A stretch of 64,000 bases of DNA, taken from IMG/VR virus record IMGVR_UViG_3300017987_005500. The stretch is one strand, 5' to 3'. This stretch comes from a virus (Duplodnaviria > Heunggongvirae > Uroviricota > Caudoviricetes). The position numbers and the translations under genes were made by a program. A model generated the notes under the pieces. The model saw only the letters and a list, made by a program, of their open reading frames with translations, was not told where the DNA came from and ran no database searches. Every line of letters begins with the position of its first letter. Positions within the stretch are counted from its first letter, which is position 1. Positions 20,993 to 31,836 of this stretch are shown here, piece after piece.

Positions 20993-21397
20993 ATGACCGT
21001 TAAAATCACAAAAGATTGTGGAGATGGAAAATTTATAGCAGAGAATGAAAAAGGACAATCATTTAAAATCTTTACAGTTGATAGAGCTAAAATTCAAAAA
21101 AGTCATGACGACAGAGTTGCACAAGTTGCACAAGCAATAAATAAAGACGACATAGAAAGATTATTTTTAACAACTTTAGAATATTCAACTAAACCAATTG
21201 ATATAGATCATTGGAGAAAACTTGCTGAGGATTTAACTGTTTTCTTGAAAAGGTTATATACTCAAATTGGAAATCCTAATATTTTTCATCATTACATTAA
21301 AAATATTGATCCAGATTATTATGGTAAAGCTGATACATTTAGGAAGGAATGCAAATCTTTACATAAGATATGTATAGAGATTAAAAATAAACCTTGA
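20993..21397 (+). CDS. Hypothetical protein
   Basis: AGGAG SD. Confidence 0.6.
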   Translation: MTVKITKDCGDGKFIAENEKGQSFKIFTVDRAKIQKSHDDRVAQVAQAINKDDIERLFLTTLEYSTKPIDIDHWRKLAEDLTVFLKRLYTQIGNPNIFHHYIKNIDPDYYGKADTFRKECKSLHKICIEIKNKP

Positions 21398-21457
21398 CAA
21401 TTTAAAGTACTAATACAATTATTATATGTAATTTAAAACGAAAGGTGGTGATAAACG

Positions 21458-21703
21458 TTGGCATATTCTGAGAAGGATGACAAACTTATAAAGTTATTTG
21501 AATTTGGAGATGAGGATGCAGCACTACATTTTTCTATATTCTCATATGATGGAGGACCCAGGAAAATCCAAATGACAAGAATGTTTAAGAAGAAAGACAA
21601 CACACAAGGTTATGGTAAAGCAGGAAGAATGACTATCGAGGAAATGAAATATTTAAGAGATAATTTAGATGAAATCATTTCCGTAATGGAAGGAGAAAAT
21701 TGA
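21458..21703 (+). CDS. PC4/YdbC-like ssDNA-binding protein
   Basis: FSIFSYDGGPRKIQMTR...GKAGRMTIEEMKYLRDNL; TTG start after AAGGTGG. Confidence 0.65.
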   Translation: MAYSEKDDKLIKLFEFGDEDAALHFSIFSYDGGPRKIQMTRMFKKKDNTQGYGKAGRMTIEEMKYLRDNLDEIISVMEGEN

Positions 21704-21734
21704 ACAAATTAAATTGTTAGGATAGGGGAGTAAC

Positions 21735-22607
21735 ATGCGTATTTGCGTTATTGGGTTGGGCACAATAGGTGGATTCTTTTCACAATTTATTTCTGACTTT
21801 AGAGATGTGACTCATTTGACTATTATAGATTATGATAAAGTTGAAAAGAAAAATCTAAAAAATACTGTTTTCAAGAGAAAACATATTGGGATGTTAAAGA
21901 TTGACGCAGTTGAAGAAATTATCAAAGAAACAAATGAAAAAATTACCCTATCGAAGTATGACATAGAGTTTAATGAAGACAAATTTGATTTAACGCCATA
22001 TGATTATGTGGTTGATTGTAGGGACTTCACTTACAATCGAAGAAAAGTTAACATAAGACTTTATTTTTCAGGAAGACAATTAATTGTAGATTGCAGAAAG
22101 AAAGCGACCTACGAAACTCCAATGGAAGGTTATTATACAACAAAGCTTACAAAAACAGATGTTATTGGAGCTGTTAATGCTGTTGCATTATTATTTAACA
22201 AAAAGATTGTGAATAAATTTATAGACGAAGAGATAGTATATCGTTATGAACTTGATGGATCGAATATCGAAGCATGTGAATATATTGATCAAAGATCAAA
22301 AACTCCTGATATATTATATGAGTCCTGTGATGCGGAGACAAATAAAGGAGAAGACTCTCTAATTAATTTACATGAGAATCTCCAACCAATTTTGGATATG
22401 AATACAAAATCTGCTACGACATTATTCGTTGGACCAAAAGACTTTCCAACTATGGAAAAAGAATTTCCGGCTGGAACATTAACATCGTTTTCAGATGTTA
22501 TAAAATCCCTTGTGAATGCTATTAATTTACCATTTGCATATAATTACTATGTAGTATCTTCAGGGAAAAATGTTATTGAGTTGATTCCTGATACAGGAGC
22601 TGCTTAG
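21735..22607 (+). CDS. Second ThiF/E1-like protein
   Basis: VIGLGTIGG, IDYDKVEKKNL, VVDCRD. Confidence 0.8.
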   Translation: MRICVIGLGTIGGFFSQFISDFRDVTHLTIIDYDKVEKKNLKNTVFKRKHIGMLKIDAVEEIIKETNEKITLSKYDIEFNEDKFDLTPYDYVVDCRDFTYNRRKVNIRLYFSGRQLIVDCRKKATYETPMEGYYTTKLTKTDVIGAVNAVALLFNKKIVNKFIDEEIVYRYELDGSNIEACEYIDQRSKTPDILYESCDAETNKGEDSLINLHENLQPILDMNTKSATTLFVGPKDFPTMEKEFPAGTLTSFSDVIKSLVNAINLPFAYNYYVVSSGKNVIELIPDTGAA

Positions 22608-22609
22608 AA

Positions 22610-22951
22610 ATGTTAAAAGAAAATTATTTGGTTAAGAGAAAGATAGTACCCAAAAGGGTATTTTACAGAGGTAGAGAGACAGAAATAGAGGAAATTGATG
22701 ACCATTTAATTATAGAGAAATATAGAGTTGTATTAATAGACGACAAAATTATGAAAATACTTTTAGTTGATTGTCGTCATCCGAATGCTGACCCGTATAC
22801 CGGAGAATATTGCCTACCATACACTCTAAAAGGACTTAAGTTTACAAAAGAGAATCTTAAAAAGATAGACAAATCTCTTGAATTATATAACCTCTTAAAT
22901 TGTTACGAAATTCCATATGGACATTTCAAAGTTGTTGGAGGAAGATTATGA
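22610..22951 (+). CDS. Small UBC/E2-like protein
   Basis: HPNADPYTGEYCLP resembles the E2 HPN...G.xCL active-site signature; directly follows ThiF. Confidence 0.5.
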   Translation: MLKENYLVKRKIVPKRVFYRGRETEIEEIDDHLIIEKYRVVLIDDKIMKILLVDCRHPNADPYTGEYCLPYTLKGLKFTKENLKKIDKSLELYNLLNCYEIPYGHFKVVGGRL

Positions 22952-23151
22952 GTGATGAAAAACCTTCTGCAGAAGAGCTAACTAAACAAGAAATGCTCGG
23001 AGCAGTTGATGACATTGATAGCGCATTTAAAAAAATAGGTAAACGTTTTATAACAATTGCCACTGGCGGACTTGAAGAAATTACTTCAAAGCTATGGAAA
23101 CGTAATGTGTCAAAAGTAAAATCTTCAATTCAAGGAACTAAGGAGAGCTAA
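22948..23151 (+). CDS. Hypothetical protein
   Basis: GGAGG SD, ATGA overlap. Confidence 0.55.
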   Translation: MSDEKPSAEELTKQEMLGAVDDIDSAFKKIGKRFITIATGGLEEITSKLWKRNVSKVKSSIQGTKES

Positions 23152-23152
23152 A

Positions 23153-23371
23153 ATGGAAGGAATCTTAGGAGAGCAAGTACGTAAAGAAATTGAAGCGATT
23201 ATAGATGAAAAGATAAATGATAAAGAAAATAAACTGACAAAAGACGAACTCAATGAGATTGTCTCTTCTTTGATTCCTTCATTAGATGAACTTGTTGCTA
23301 AACAAGTAAAACACCATATGGTTCTTATAGCACAGTATGTGATTGAACAACATGGAGGGAAATCAAATTAA
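23153..23371 (+). CDS. Hypothetical protein
   Basis: AAGGAG SD; coupled to the RNAP gene. Confidence 0.55.
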   Translation: MEGILGEQVRKEIEAIIDEKINDKENKLTKDELNEIVSSLIPSLDELVAKQVKHHMVLIAQYVIEQHGGKSN

Positions 23372-26067
23372 TGCCAAAACTACTGGATCAGAAAAAATTC
23401 TGTGAAGATCTTAAGGAAGTGACATCTCCTAAACCAATAATTAAGAGAAGATTTCATCCTGATGGACTCTTCTCTGAGCAAATCTTTGGTCCTATTAAGA
23501 ATTACACATGTCAATGTGGTACGTATTATGGTGTTTCAAAATCTGGAGGAACTTGTCCAATATGCGAAGTTGACATTTTAAGTTCTGTGGAAAGAAGAAG
23601 AAGGTTTGCAAAAATCACTTTGCCAATTCCAGTTGTAAATCCTTTATTTTATGATTTACTTGTGAATTTAGGTGGAAGTGATTTAAAGAAAGTCATTGAT
23701 GTTCTCATGAAAGATGAGAAAAGTATTTTGTATATGCATGAAGATGAATATGTTGCAACAACCGAAGCTTCTGTAATTCCAGAAGGAGCAGCAAGAATTG
23801 ATCGAATTGAAGCTATTGAAGAATTAATTAAAACATTAGCTACTGGACTTTCAGCTGATGGAATTCCTGAATGGAAAATGGTACTTGATAATATTGATAA
23901 ATTGCTTTTACATGAAATTGTAGTATTACCAGCTGATTTAAGACCTGCTTCAAGAGGAATTGATAGCGCACATCAAAAGGCAGATACCATTAATAGATAT
24001 TATACGCAAATTCTCACAAAACGAGAGATAATGCTTTCAACTATAATTGACATTAAGCAGGATAAATCAATATATTATCAATATTATACTCCTCTACAAA
24101 AAGATGTGAATGAATTATATAATCACATCTTAGAAAAATTATCAAAGAAGGAAGGACTTATACGGGGAAATATATTAGGAAAGAGAATTGATTTCTCTGG
24201 CAGAGCAGTTATAATTCCCGACCCGTTACTTAAACTTGATCATTGCTGTTTACCATATCTTATGGTACTTGAATTATTCAAAATTCAAATAGCAAAGAAG
24301 CTTATTGAAAAGAATAAATTCAAGATGATTAATCAAGCAGTTGACTTTATTGAAAAATGTATGGAACTCGACAGTCCCGTATTATTTGAAATTGCTAAGG
24401 AAGTGATTGAAGGTGAAGTATGTATGTTGAATAGACAACCTTCTTTACACAGACTTAGCATGACTGGATTTTATATTACAATATCTTTAGATAAAGTAAT
24501 TAAAATTCACCCATTATCTTGCTCAGGATTTAATGCAGATTTTGATGGTGATCAAATGGCAGTTTATATTCCAATAACTGAAAAAGCAAAACAAGAAATC
24601 ATTGAAAAATGTTTGATCACAAGAAATTTCATAAATCCATCAAATGGAAGTTTGGCACCAACACCCTCGCAAGATATAATATTAGGAATATATGCTTTAA
24701 CCTCAAATGTTTTCCCCGACTTAAGAAATGAGGTTGAGTTTAAGGGCAAAATGATCACGGAAGGGAGGAAAATATTTAATGCCTGCCTTCCTGATGATTA
24801 TCCGATTATTGACGATGTAGTTATAAGCAAGAGACTTATTAGAATATTAAATGACGTAGAGTCAAAATATATATTCTCAGTTACTACAAAAGTTCTTGAT
24901 CATATTAAAAGAGTTGGATTTAAATATTCAACTCTATTTGGAGCAACTATTTCCTTAGGTCAATGTAAGATTGATGGAGTTAGGAGTTTCAGAGATACGT
25001 TATACGAAAGTGATGAAGTTTCAACACAATTAGAGCAAGTTAATGGTTCTTTAGCTACAAATATGCTTAAAGAAAATTTTGCATATTCATATATGATAGA
25101 GTCAGGATCACGAGGTTCTTGGGATCAAGCACGACAAATACTCCTTACGAGAGGGTTTATTTCAAATTTTAATTTGGAAATATTACCTGAACCAATTAAA
25201 CATTCATTGATTGAAGGGTTGACAAGAAGAGAATTCTTTCTTTCAACTTATGGATGTCGTAAAGGATTATTAGACGTTGCCTTGAATACCGGGACCTCAG
25301 GATACCTTTCTCGAAAACTGATTTTTGCATGTGTAAATGTAGAAATTGATCTTGAATTAGAAGATTGTGGTACTGAAGATTGTTTAGAAGTTTATGTTGA
25401 TGATGCACCAAAAGCAATTCTTCTAATAGATAGATATTATGTAAAAGATGGTGAGTATATTAAGATAACAATGGATAATTTCAAAGATATAGTTGGAGAA
25501 GTTATCAAAATAAGAAGTCCAATATTTTGTAAATCTCCTCAGATATGTCATAAGTGTTATGGGGATTTATGGAAAAAACTTCACAGCAGATATGTTGGAG
25601 TAATTGCTGCTCAATCATTAGGAGAATGTAATACTCAATTAGTTCTTAGGACATTTCATACGTCGGGTGTTGCAACTTCCAAAGGAGATATGCATCAAGA
25701 TGATATTGTTGGGGATTTATCAAATGCCTCAAAGAGTCTTCATGATGTAAAGAATAGCAATTATAAAGATATTGTTGATAAGTTATTTAAGATTTACAAT
25801 ACAAATCGAAAAATTTACCATGTTCATTTTGAATGTGTAGTTTCACAGTTAATGTGGGCAGGGTATCGAAAATGGAGACTCCTTGAAAATAGAGATTCTG
25901 TGCCACCTGAGTATATCTCAGTTCAAACGGTACCGAGTAATGAGAGTTGGTTATTAGGACTCGCATTTTCAAGACCAAGGCAGCATATTGTAAGAGGATT
26001 ATTCAAAGCTGGTAATTATCAAGGTGTTATGGATAAACTATTAACAGGAGAGGATATACATAGATGA
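23371..26067 (+). CDS. rpoC: Phage multisubunit RNA polymerase beta' subunit
   Basis: GLFSEQIFGP, Zn ribbon, GKRIDFSGRAVI, NRQPSLH, NADFDGD, TGTSGYLSRKL, TQLVLRTFHT. Confidence 0.96.
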   Translation: MPKLLDQKKFCEDLKEVTSPKPIIKRRFHPDGLFSEQIFGPIKNYTCQCGTYYGVSKSGGTCPICEVDILSSVERRRRFAKITLPIPVVNPLFYDLLVNLGGSDLKKVIDVLMKDEKSILYMHEDEYVATTEASVIPEGAARIDRIEAIEELIKTLATGLSADGIPEWKMVLDNIDKLLLHEIVVLPADLRPASRGIDSAHQKADTINRYYTQILTKREIMLSTIIDIKQDKSIYYQYYTPLQKDVNELYNHILEKLSKKEGLIRGNILGKRIDFSGRAVIIPDPLLKLDHCCLPYLMVLELFKIQIAKKLIEKNKFKMINQAVDFIEKCMELDSPVLFEIAKEVIEGEVCMLNRQPSLHRLSMTGFYITISLDKVIKIHPLSCSGFNADFDGDQMAVYIPITEKAKQEIIEKCLITRNFINPSNGSLAPTPSQDIILGIYALTSNVFPDLRNEVEFKGKMITEGRKIFNACLPDDYPIIDDVVISKRLIRILNDVESKYIFSVTTKVLDHIKRVGFKYSTLFGATISLGQCKIDGVRSFRDTLYESDEVSTQLEQVNGSLATNMLKENFAYSYMIESGSRGSWDQARQILLTRGFISNFNLEILPEPIKHSLIEGLTRREFFLSTYGCRKGLLDVALNTGTSGYLSRKLIFACVNVEIDLELEDCGTEDCLEVYVDDAPKAILLIDRYYVKDGEYIKITMDNFKDIVGEVIKIRSPIFCKSPQICHKCYGDLWKKLHSRYVGVIAAQSLGECNTQLVLRTFHTSGVATSKGDMHQDDIVGDLSNASKSLHDVKNSNYKDIVDKLFKIYNTNRKIYHVHFECVVSQLMWAGYRKWRLLENRDSVPPEYISVQTVPSNESWLLGLAFSRPRQHIVRGLFKAGNYQGVMDKLLTGEDIHR

Positions 26068-29000
26068 AAGTGATTAACCCAAACTTTGTGCTTGATGAAG
26101 AAAATAATATTTTCAGGATTCGAGAAAATGAATTTGGGTCACTTGAGTCCACAATTCGGGAGATGCTAAAACCGGCCGAAGCGCTTGGATTTAGTGTCCC
26201 CGAGTTCGGGATTCGTGATTCAAGGTTTTCGTCACGAGATCTTGCAAGAACAGTAAAACAGAAATTAGTTATTAAATTAGCTAAGGGAGAACATGTTTTA
26301 GATCTCTCAATGGATATTCCAAAATTGATTGATGGAAATTATATCATCATAAATGGAAAACAGAAGATCCCTCAATTTCAATTATTTGATGTTCCAATTG
26401 TAACTCGTGGTAAAAATATAAAAATAAGAACAAATGTAGCAACTGTCGTAGTTGTCCCTAAGAAAGAAGAACCATATATTCATATTACTTTCTTAGGAAA
26501 AATGGTTCCTTTATCATTAATGTTATTTGCATATTTTGGAATTGAAGAAGTAAATAGAAAATTTAACTTAAGTTCTCAAACACCAGCTGACACAATTCCA
26601 ACAAATATGTATGATAAATTGATATCTGATTTAACAATGTTCTATGCTGAATCAGATGGTTATACTCAAGATGACTTTATCAAAGAAGTGGGAAGAATTT
26701 ATTCTCAGTATAACTCAAAATCAAAAGGTGAAGATGTTATGTACGCCTTAGATTTGATAATGGAAACTGATACAATATCAAAGAAACTCTTTATCACAGA
26801 TACTATATTGGATGAAGTTGTTTATGCAATTGAGCACCCTGACGATTTTGATGACACAGACTTTATCAATAAGAGAATAAGATGTTATGAATATATTCTT
26901 TTATCAAAAATATCCAAATATATATTTGACTTATGTATGTCAAATAGGACTGCGAGACAACCGAAATTTAATGTAAATTCAACAAAGATATTATCAGAGT
27001 GTAATGTATCTGACATTGTCCAATTTGATTTTTCAATAAATCCAGTTGAAGAACTTACAAGACTTTCAAGAACAAGTCTCATAGGTCCGGGTGGTTTTAA
27101 AAGAGAAAATGTTCCAGAGCATCTTAGAGATATTTCAAATAGTATGTTTGGCAGAGTTTGCTCAGTTGATACTCCTGATAGAGATAACTGTGGAATATTA
27201 CAAAACTTAGTACCAAATGTTAAACTTGATGAAAATTTGAAATTCACAGATGAAATATTAGAGAAGCAACCCATTTCAATTCCAGTTGCAATGGTACCTT
27301 TCTCAGAGCATGATGATCAAACCAGACTTCAAATGGCATCATCTCAAATGAGACAATCTGTATTAACAAAAAGTTTTGATTCACCTGATGTATATTCTGG
27401 GAGTGAATGGTTATATTCAAAAGAAACCCAGTTTTTGAAAGCAGCAAAGAAAGATGGTGAAGTTGTTTATACAGATGATAATTATATAATTGTTGTCTAT
27501 GATGATAATGAAGTTGATATAATCAATGTTTCTTATAGAAAGATATATGTAGGAAATATGGATTGGATGAAAATATATGTGAAGCAAGGAGATAAAGTTA
27601 AGAAAAATGATATTCTTGCTGAGAGTATGTTTATGAATGATGGTAAAATCAACTTTGGTCGAAAGTTGTTAACTGCTGTAATTCCTTATTTTGGATATAA
27701 CTATGAGGACGGAATTGTTATATCTGATAGAATAGTTGAGGATGATGTTTTCACTTCAATGCATTATGTTGATTTATCATTTACAATTCCACCAAATAAA
27801 GTTTTATTAAGTTTATCTAATGATGGTGAATATAAACCATTACCTGAAGTTAAAGATCCTGGAGGAGGAAAACCTATAATTCATGATAGGATAGGAGTTG
27901 GAAAACCTTATGCTATAATGAAAGATATTAATTCAGGTATACATTGTTATAGTGTATTTGATGAAGAAATTAAACTGACCGCTAAAAAACAAGTGTTAAT
28001 CTCAGAGGTTAATATTTACCCGAACACTTGGAACACTGAAATGCCTCAATATGACAAATGGGTTAAAGATAAAATTGAAAGTCAAAAGAAAAAGCAAAAA
28101 GACTTTCTTAAAATGTTAAAAGATTATATACCAAAATCTCAAATGAGTAAAATTATAAGAGAGGAAGGACTTAATAAATTCTCTCAAGTTGGAAAATATA
28201 GATATAAGAGAGAAGAGATAAATGGTATTCATATTGAGATGTATGGGATTTTTGAAAGAAAAATAAATCCTGGTGATAAGATTGCAAATCGACATGGTAA
28301 TAAAGGTGTTATTTCAAAGATAATGCCAAGAGAAAAAATGCCAAAACTTCCTGATGGGAGACACGTGGATATTTGTATCAACCCACTTGGTATTATAAGC
28401 AGGATGAATATAGGACAAATATTTGAGTTGCATCTCTCAATGTCCGTAAATGATTTAAGACAAAAGATGTTAGAGTCATTGAAAAATGGCGGAAAAAGAG
28501 AAGACCTTATCAATTATTTCCTTGGTTATATCAAATGCATTGACAATACTGAGAATAATTGGTATACTACACAAATGGTGGAGAAGCTAAAAGATATTGA
28601 AATTGACGAAGATTTCATCAATAACATATTTGTAATTCAACCTCCATTTGAATCAGTGACATTAGAGATGCTTGATCAGGCAATGCAATATACAAATACG
28701 GACTACGATTATAAATTACTTGATCCAATGTCAAAAAGTGAAATATTCAATGATATCGCAGTCGGGTATATATATTTCTTTAAAATGGTCCATATTGCTG
28801 AAAACAGATTAGCAGCAAGAGGAATTGGATCTTACTCAAGAAAGACTTTGCAACCTCTTGGGGGAAGAAGGAATAAAGGTGGGCAGAGATCTGGAGAAAT
28901 GGAAATGGCATGTTTAATAGGTCATGACGCTGCCACAAACTTAAATGAATTTACGACTACGAAGTCAGACTGCATTGATAGGAAAAATAGATATATCAGA

Positions 29001-29120
29001 GCAGAGATTGAGTCTACAGAGTTTGACCCAGATAAAGATGATGATGGATGCAATATTGCTGAGTCAGTTCTCTTATTTGAATCATCTCTAATATGTGTAG
29101 GACTTGATCCAAAGGATTAA
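26064..29120 (+). CDS. rpoB: Phage multisubunit RNA polymerase beta subunit
   Basis: GRVCSVDTPD..NCG, EHDDQTRLQMASSQMRQ, GYNYEDG, GDKIANRHGNKG, NPLGIISRMNIGQ, GGQRSGEME. Confidence 0.96.
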   Translation: MKVINPNFVLDEENNIFRIRENEFGSLESTIREMLKPAEALGFSVPEFGIRDSRFSSRDLARTVKQKLVIKLAKGEHVLDLSMDIPKLIDGNYIIINGKQKIPQFQLFDVPIVTRGKNIKIRTNVATVVVVPKKEEPYIHITFLGKMVPLSLMLFAYFGIEEVNRKFNLSSQTPADTIPTNMYDKLISDLTMFYAESDGYTQDDFIKEVGRIYSQYNSKSKGEDVMYALDLIMETDTISKKLFITDTILDEVVYAIEHPDDFDDTDFINKRIRCYEYILLSKISKYIFDLCMSNRTARQPKFNVNSTKILSECNVSDIVQFDFSINPVEELTRLSRTSLIGPGGFKRENVPEHLRDISNSMFGRVCSVDTPDRDNCGILQNLVPNVKLDENLKFTDEILEKQPISIPVAMVPFSEHDDQTRLQMASSQMRQSVLTKSFDSPDVYSGSEWLYSKETQFLKAAKKDGEVVYTDDNYIIVVYDDNEVDIINVSYRKIYVGNMDWMKIYVKQGDKVKKNDILAESMFMNDGKINFGRKLLTAVIPYFGYNYEDGIVISDRIVEDDVFTSMHYVDLSFTIPPNKVLLSLSNDGEYKPLPEVKDPGGGKPIIHDRIGVGKPYAIMKDINSGIHCYSVFDEEIKLTAKKQVLISEVNIYPNTWNTEMPQYDKWVKDKIESQKKKQKDFLKMLKDYIPKSQMSKIIREEGLNKFSQVGKYRYKREEINGIHIEMYGIFERKINPGDKIANRHGNKGVISKIMPREKMPKLPDGRHVDICINPLGIISRMNIGQIFELHLSMSVNDLRQKMLESLKNGGKREDLINYFLGYIKCIDNTENNWYTTQMVEKLKDIEIDEDFINNIFVIQPPFESVTLEMLDQAMQYTNTDYDYKLLDPMSKSEIFNDIAVGYIYFFKMVHIAENRLAARGIGSYSRKTLQPLGGRRNKGGQRSGEMEMACLIGHDAATNLNEFTTTKSDCIDRKNRYIRAEIESTEFDPDKDDDGCNIAESVLLFESSLICVGLDPKD

Positions 29121-29122
29121 AT

Positions 29123-29473
29123 ATGAAAAATGACGAGCTAATTATACAAGCCGAGAAAGATATACGATACATATATGAGCAGATGTTAAACATACTTAAG
29201 CGATATGAGCAAAAAGATGTTATTAATGAAATGACATTCTTTATAAATGATGATAATATTGCTTCAGGGTTTGTACGAAAAGGAAATATGACAGATACTT
29301 TATATCAACAAAATATTCAAGCAGTAGGTAAAGACTTAAAACCAAAAATAACAGTGATGGTGAGTAACGGACATATGTCTGTTGCTCACCATCCATCTAA
29401 ATTAACTTCCGTTTTTGTTCAGAAAAATCCAGAAACTGATAAATCGTCGGAAGGGTGGGAGGAAATATGGTAG
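29123..29473 (+). CDS. Hypothetical protein
   Basis: Operon ORF. Confidence 0.55.
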   Translation: MKNDELIIQAEKDIRYIYEQMLNILKRYEQKDVINEMTFFINDDNIASGFVRKGNMTDTLYQQNIQAVGKDLKPKITVMVSNGHMSVAHHPSKLTSVFVQKNPETDKSSEGWEEIW

Positions 29474-30342
29474 ATGAACTTCCTGATATTCAGGAAAGTA
29501 GACCAATGATCGAAATTCCAATACAACAAGTTGGAGTTGAAAATGTTGAAGTTCCATTTACTCTTCAATCCAGAGATGGATTGGCAGGACTTCATACTCT
29601 CAATGCAAATGTTTCAATGAGGACAGATATTGCTGAAGATGTCAAAGGTGTTTCAATGTCAAGATTTATTGGAACTCTTAGAGATTATTTAGGAAAACCT
29701 CTAAAACATAAAATGATTTATGACATATTAAAAGACATGAAAAAGAATATGGGAACTTCATCTGCATATATGAAATTTGATTTTAAATTTCCTAAGATAA
29801 GACAATCTCCAGCTTCTTTAAATTCATTTCCTTTATTTTATAAATGTAGTTTTGAAGGACAGGTGAGTGAAGTATATCTAGGTCCTGAATTTGTAGACAA
29901 ATTTAAATTTTATCAAGGGGTTACAGTTCAATATGCATCATATTGTCCATGTTCATCTGAATTATGTAATCATTTAAGAGACCAAGCTAAAACTGGGTTT
30001 CCTCATGCACAAAGATCATTTGCTCATGTATTGGTTGAAACTAAAGAACCTAATTATGTCTGGTTGGAAGATGTAATTGATACAGTTGAAAATTCAATTG
30101 CAACATTACCTTATCCAATTATTAAAAGACCTGATGAACAAAAGATTGCTGAAATCGCGGCAAATAATCCAATCTTTGTTGAAGATGCAATAAGACAGAT
30201 AAGTCAAGCATTAAATGACAATGATAAATATTATGATTGGATAGTGAAATGTGTTCATGAGGAAAGTATTCATACAAGTGAGGCAATTGCTATGAACTGG
30301 AAAGGAATTCTCAATGGATTCAACGGAAGCTTTTATCTCTAA
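29467..30342 (+). CDS. folE2: GTP cyclohydrolase I type B (FolE2)
   Basis: LPDIQ, QVGV, GVSMSRF, CPCS, HAQRS, KRPDE, NPIFVED, ESIH. Confidence 0.93.
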   Translation: MVDELPDIQESRPMIEIPIQQVGVENVEVPFTLQSRDGLAGLHTLNANVSMRTDIAEDVKGVSMSRFIGTLRDYLGKPLKHKMIYDILKDMKKNMGTSSAYMKFDFKFPKIRQSPASLNSFPLFYKCSFEGQVSEVYLGPEFVDKFKFYQGVTVQYASYCPCSSELCNHLRDQAKTGFPHAQRSFAHVLVETKEPNYVWLEDVIDTVENSIATLPYPIIKRPDEQKIAEIAANNPIFVEDAIRQISQALNDNDKYYDWIVKCVHEESIHTSEAIAMNWKGILNGFNGSFYL

Positions 30343-30682
30343 TTATAATACTAAAAAAGGATTTAGAAAGAAATTGTCAGAAGTTTTAGGGATGCCAAAA
30401 GTAAAACCATCGTCACCAATTCCTTTTAATAATATGCTTGAATGGGTTGAAAAGCAAAATATAATAATTGGTTTTAGTAACGATGGTATTACAATTTCTA
30501 AAAATAGAGTTACTCATACATCGGGACAGTTTACATTAACTGAATTATTATACTTTATAGCTCATTATTTATATACTGAGATGGAGACTGTTTCAGATAT
30601 GTTTAATGAAGTTGTAATAGAAGACATTATTGAAAAGATTCAAGAATTATCAGATGAACATCTTTCTGGGAGAACCTTATGA
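30314..30682 (+). CDS. Hypothetical protein
   Basis: Operon ORF. Confidence 0.5.
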   Translation: MDSTEAFISNYNTKKGFRKKLSEVLGMPKVKPSSPIPFNNMLEWVEKQNIIIGFSNDGITISKNRVTHTSGQFTLTELLYFIAHYLYTEMETVSDMFNEVVIEDIIEKIQELSDEHLSGRTL

Positions 30683-31047
30683 AAAGACCAACATGGGGAA
30701 TTCCTTTAGGAAAAAAGATTAAAGGTATGTGGAATCCATATAATAGGATGAAAACCAAAAGTGATGGAATTGAATATACTAAGACTTATGAAATTGTTGA
30801 CAGTGAAAAAATGACATTGAGAAAAGGAGATGTATTTCAATTCAGAACTTCGATTCCTAATAAGTTTCCAAATTATGCAGTTGGAGAATTTGCAGTCATT
30901 CTTGAAAGATATAAAATAACAAAATTTAAAAATCATACTTATAATGATTATGGTTCTGTGGTAATGATGTTAACAGGAAAAAAGAAAGGACATATATTCA
31001 AAGTCCAATCTGCAAAGATAAGTGTAAGTGAACGATTAACATTTTAA
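30679..31047 (+). CDS. Hypothetical protein
   Basis: GGGAG SD, ATGA overlap. Confidence 0.55.
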   Translation: MKRPTWGIPLGKKIKGMWNPYNRMKTKSDGIEYTKTYEIVDSEKMTLRKGDVFQFRTSIPNKFPNYAVGEFAVILERYKITKFKNHTYNDYGSVVMMLTGKKKGHIFKVQSAKISVSERLTF

Positions 31048-31056
31048 GGAGAAAGA

Positions 31057-31407
31057 ATGGAATCTGATAAGGTGATAGAGCTATATTTAAAAGAAAGAGA
31101 ATATCAAAAGCGAGTATTTGGAGATTATAAAAATATCTCAGTTTTAAATCTCGCTAGCTTTCTTTTATTACATAGAGAGTATGTTCAAAAAGCAGAAAAT
31201 ATGTATGCTCAACAATGGGACAATGATTTACCACCATGGTTGGGAAACTGTAGAGAGCATGAAATACAAGGAACTGCTCCAGTTAAAACATATGAAGCAA
31301 TTATTAAAAACTTTGCTTTACATGGAGCTGCGATTGAAACATTTACTTCAATTAATCCAAGTATGTGGAGATTTGGAGAAGACATTAAACCAAAATGGAA
31401 GATTTAA
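31057..31407 (+). CDS. Hypothetical protein
   Basis: AAGGAG SD. Confidence 0.6.
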   Translation: MESDKVIELYLKEREYQKRVFGDYKNISVLNLASFLLLHREYVQKAENMYAQQWDNDLPPWLGNCREHEIQGTAPVKTYEAIIKNFALHGAAIETFTSINPSMWRFGEDIKPKWKI

Positions 31408-31419
31408 GGAGGATTTACA

Positions 31420-31803
31420 TTGACTGAGGAAAAATCTGATAATGAAATTACAATTGCAGAAAAGACTGACAAAGAGACAATTTCTGGAAAATTTCAAACG
31501 ACTGAAGAAGTTACTGCAAATAAACCATATGAAGATGATAAAGAACCTATTAAGGTTGCTGTGGTTGGAGACAACTCAAATGCAAGTATAATTAAAGAGG
31601 CAATGAAAGACAAAAATATAAAGACTGTCGAAATGCCTTATGAAACCAACCTGGCAAACGAAGAACAAATAGCAAAGAATAAAGAAGATGTTTTACCTCC
31701 TATGGGTGCTAAGTTTATGATAGCAGGCAAAGAATATAAAGTCTGTTATATAAATGCTGGAAAGAAAAGATTTTCAGCAGAACCTTGTAAAGGTGGGTAT
31801 TAA
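31420..31803 (+). CDS. Hypothetical protein
   Basis: AGGAGG SD, TTG start. Confidence 0.55.
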   Translation: MTEEKSDNEITIAEKTDKETISGKFQTTEEVTANKPYEDDKEPIKVAVVGDNSNASIIKEAMKDKNIKTVEMPYETNLANEEQIAKNKEDVLPPMGAKFMIAGKEYKVCYINAGKKRFSAEPCKGGY

Positions 31804-31836
31804 ACAAAACGCGAATCAATTAAAGGAGAAAAAAGA

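Noticed and set aside
21394-21425. Sigma70 promoter (TTGACA)
   Set aside because: No good -10 hexamer at 16-18 nt spacing.
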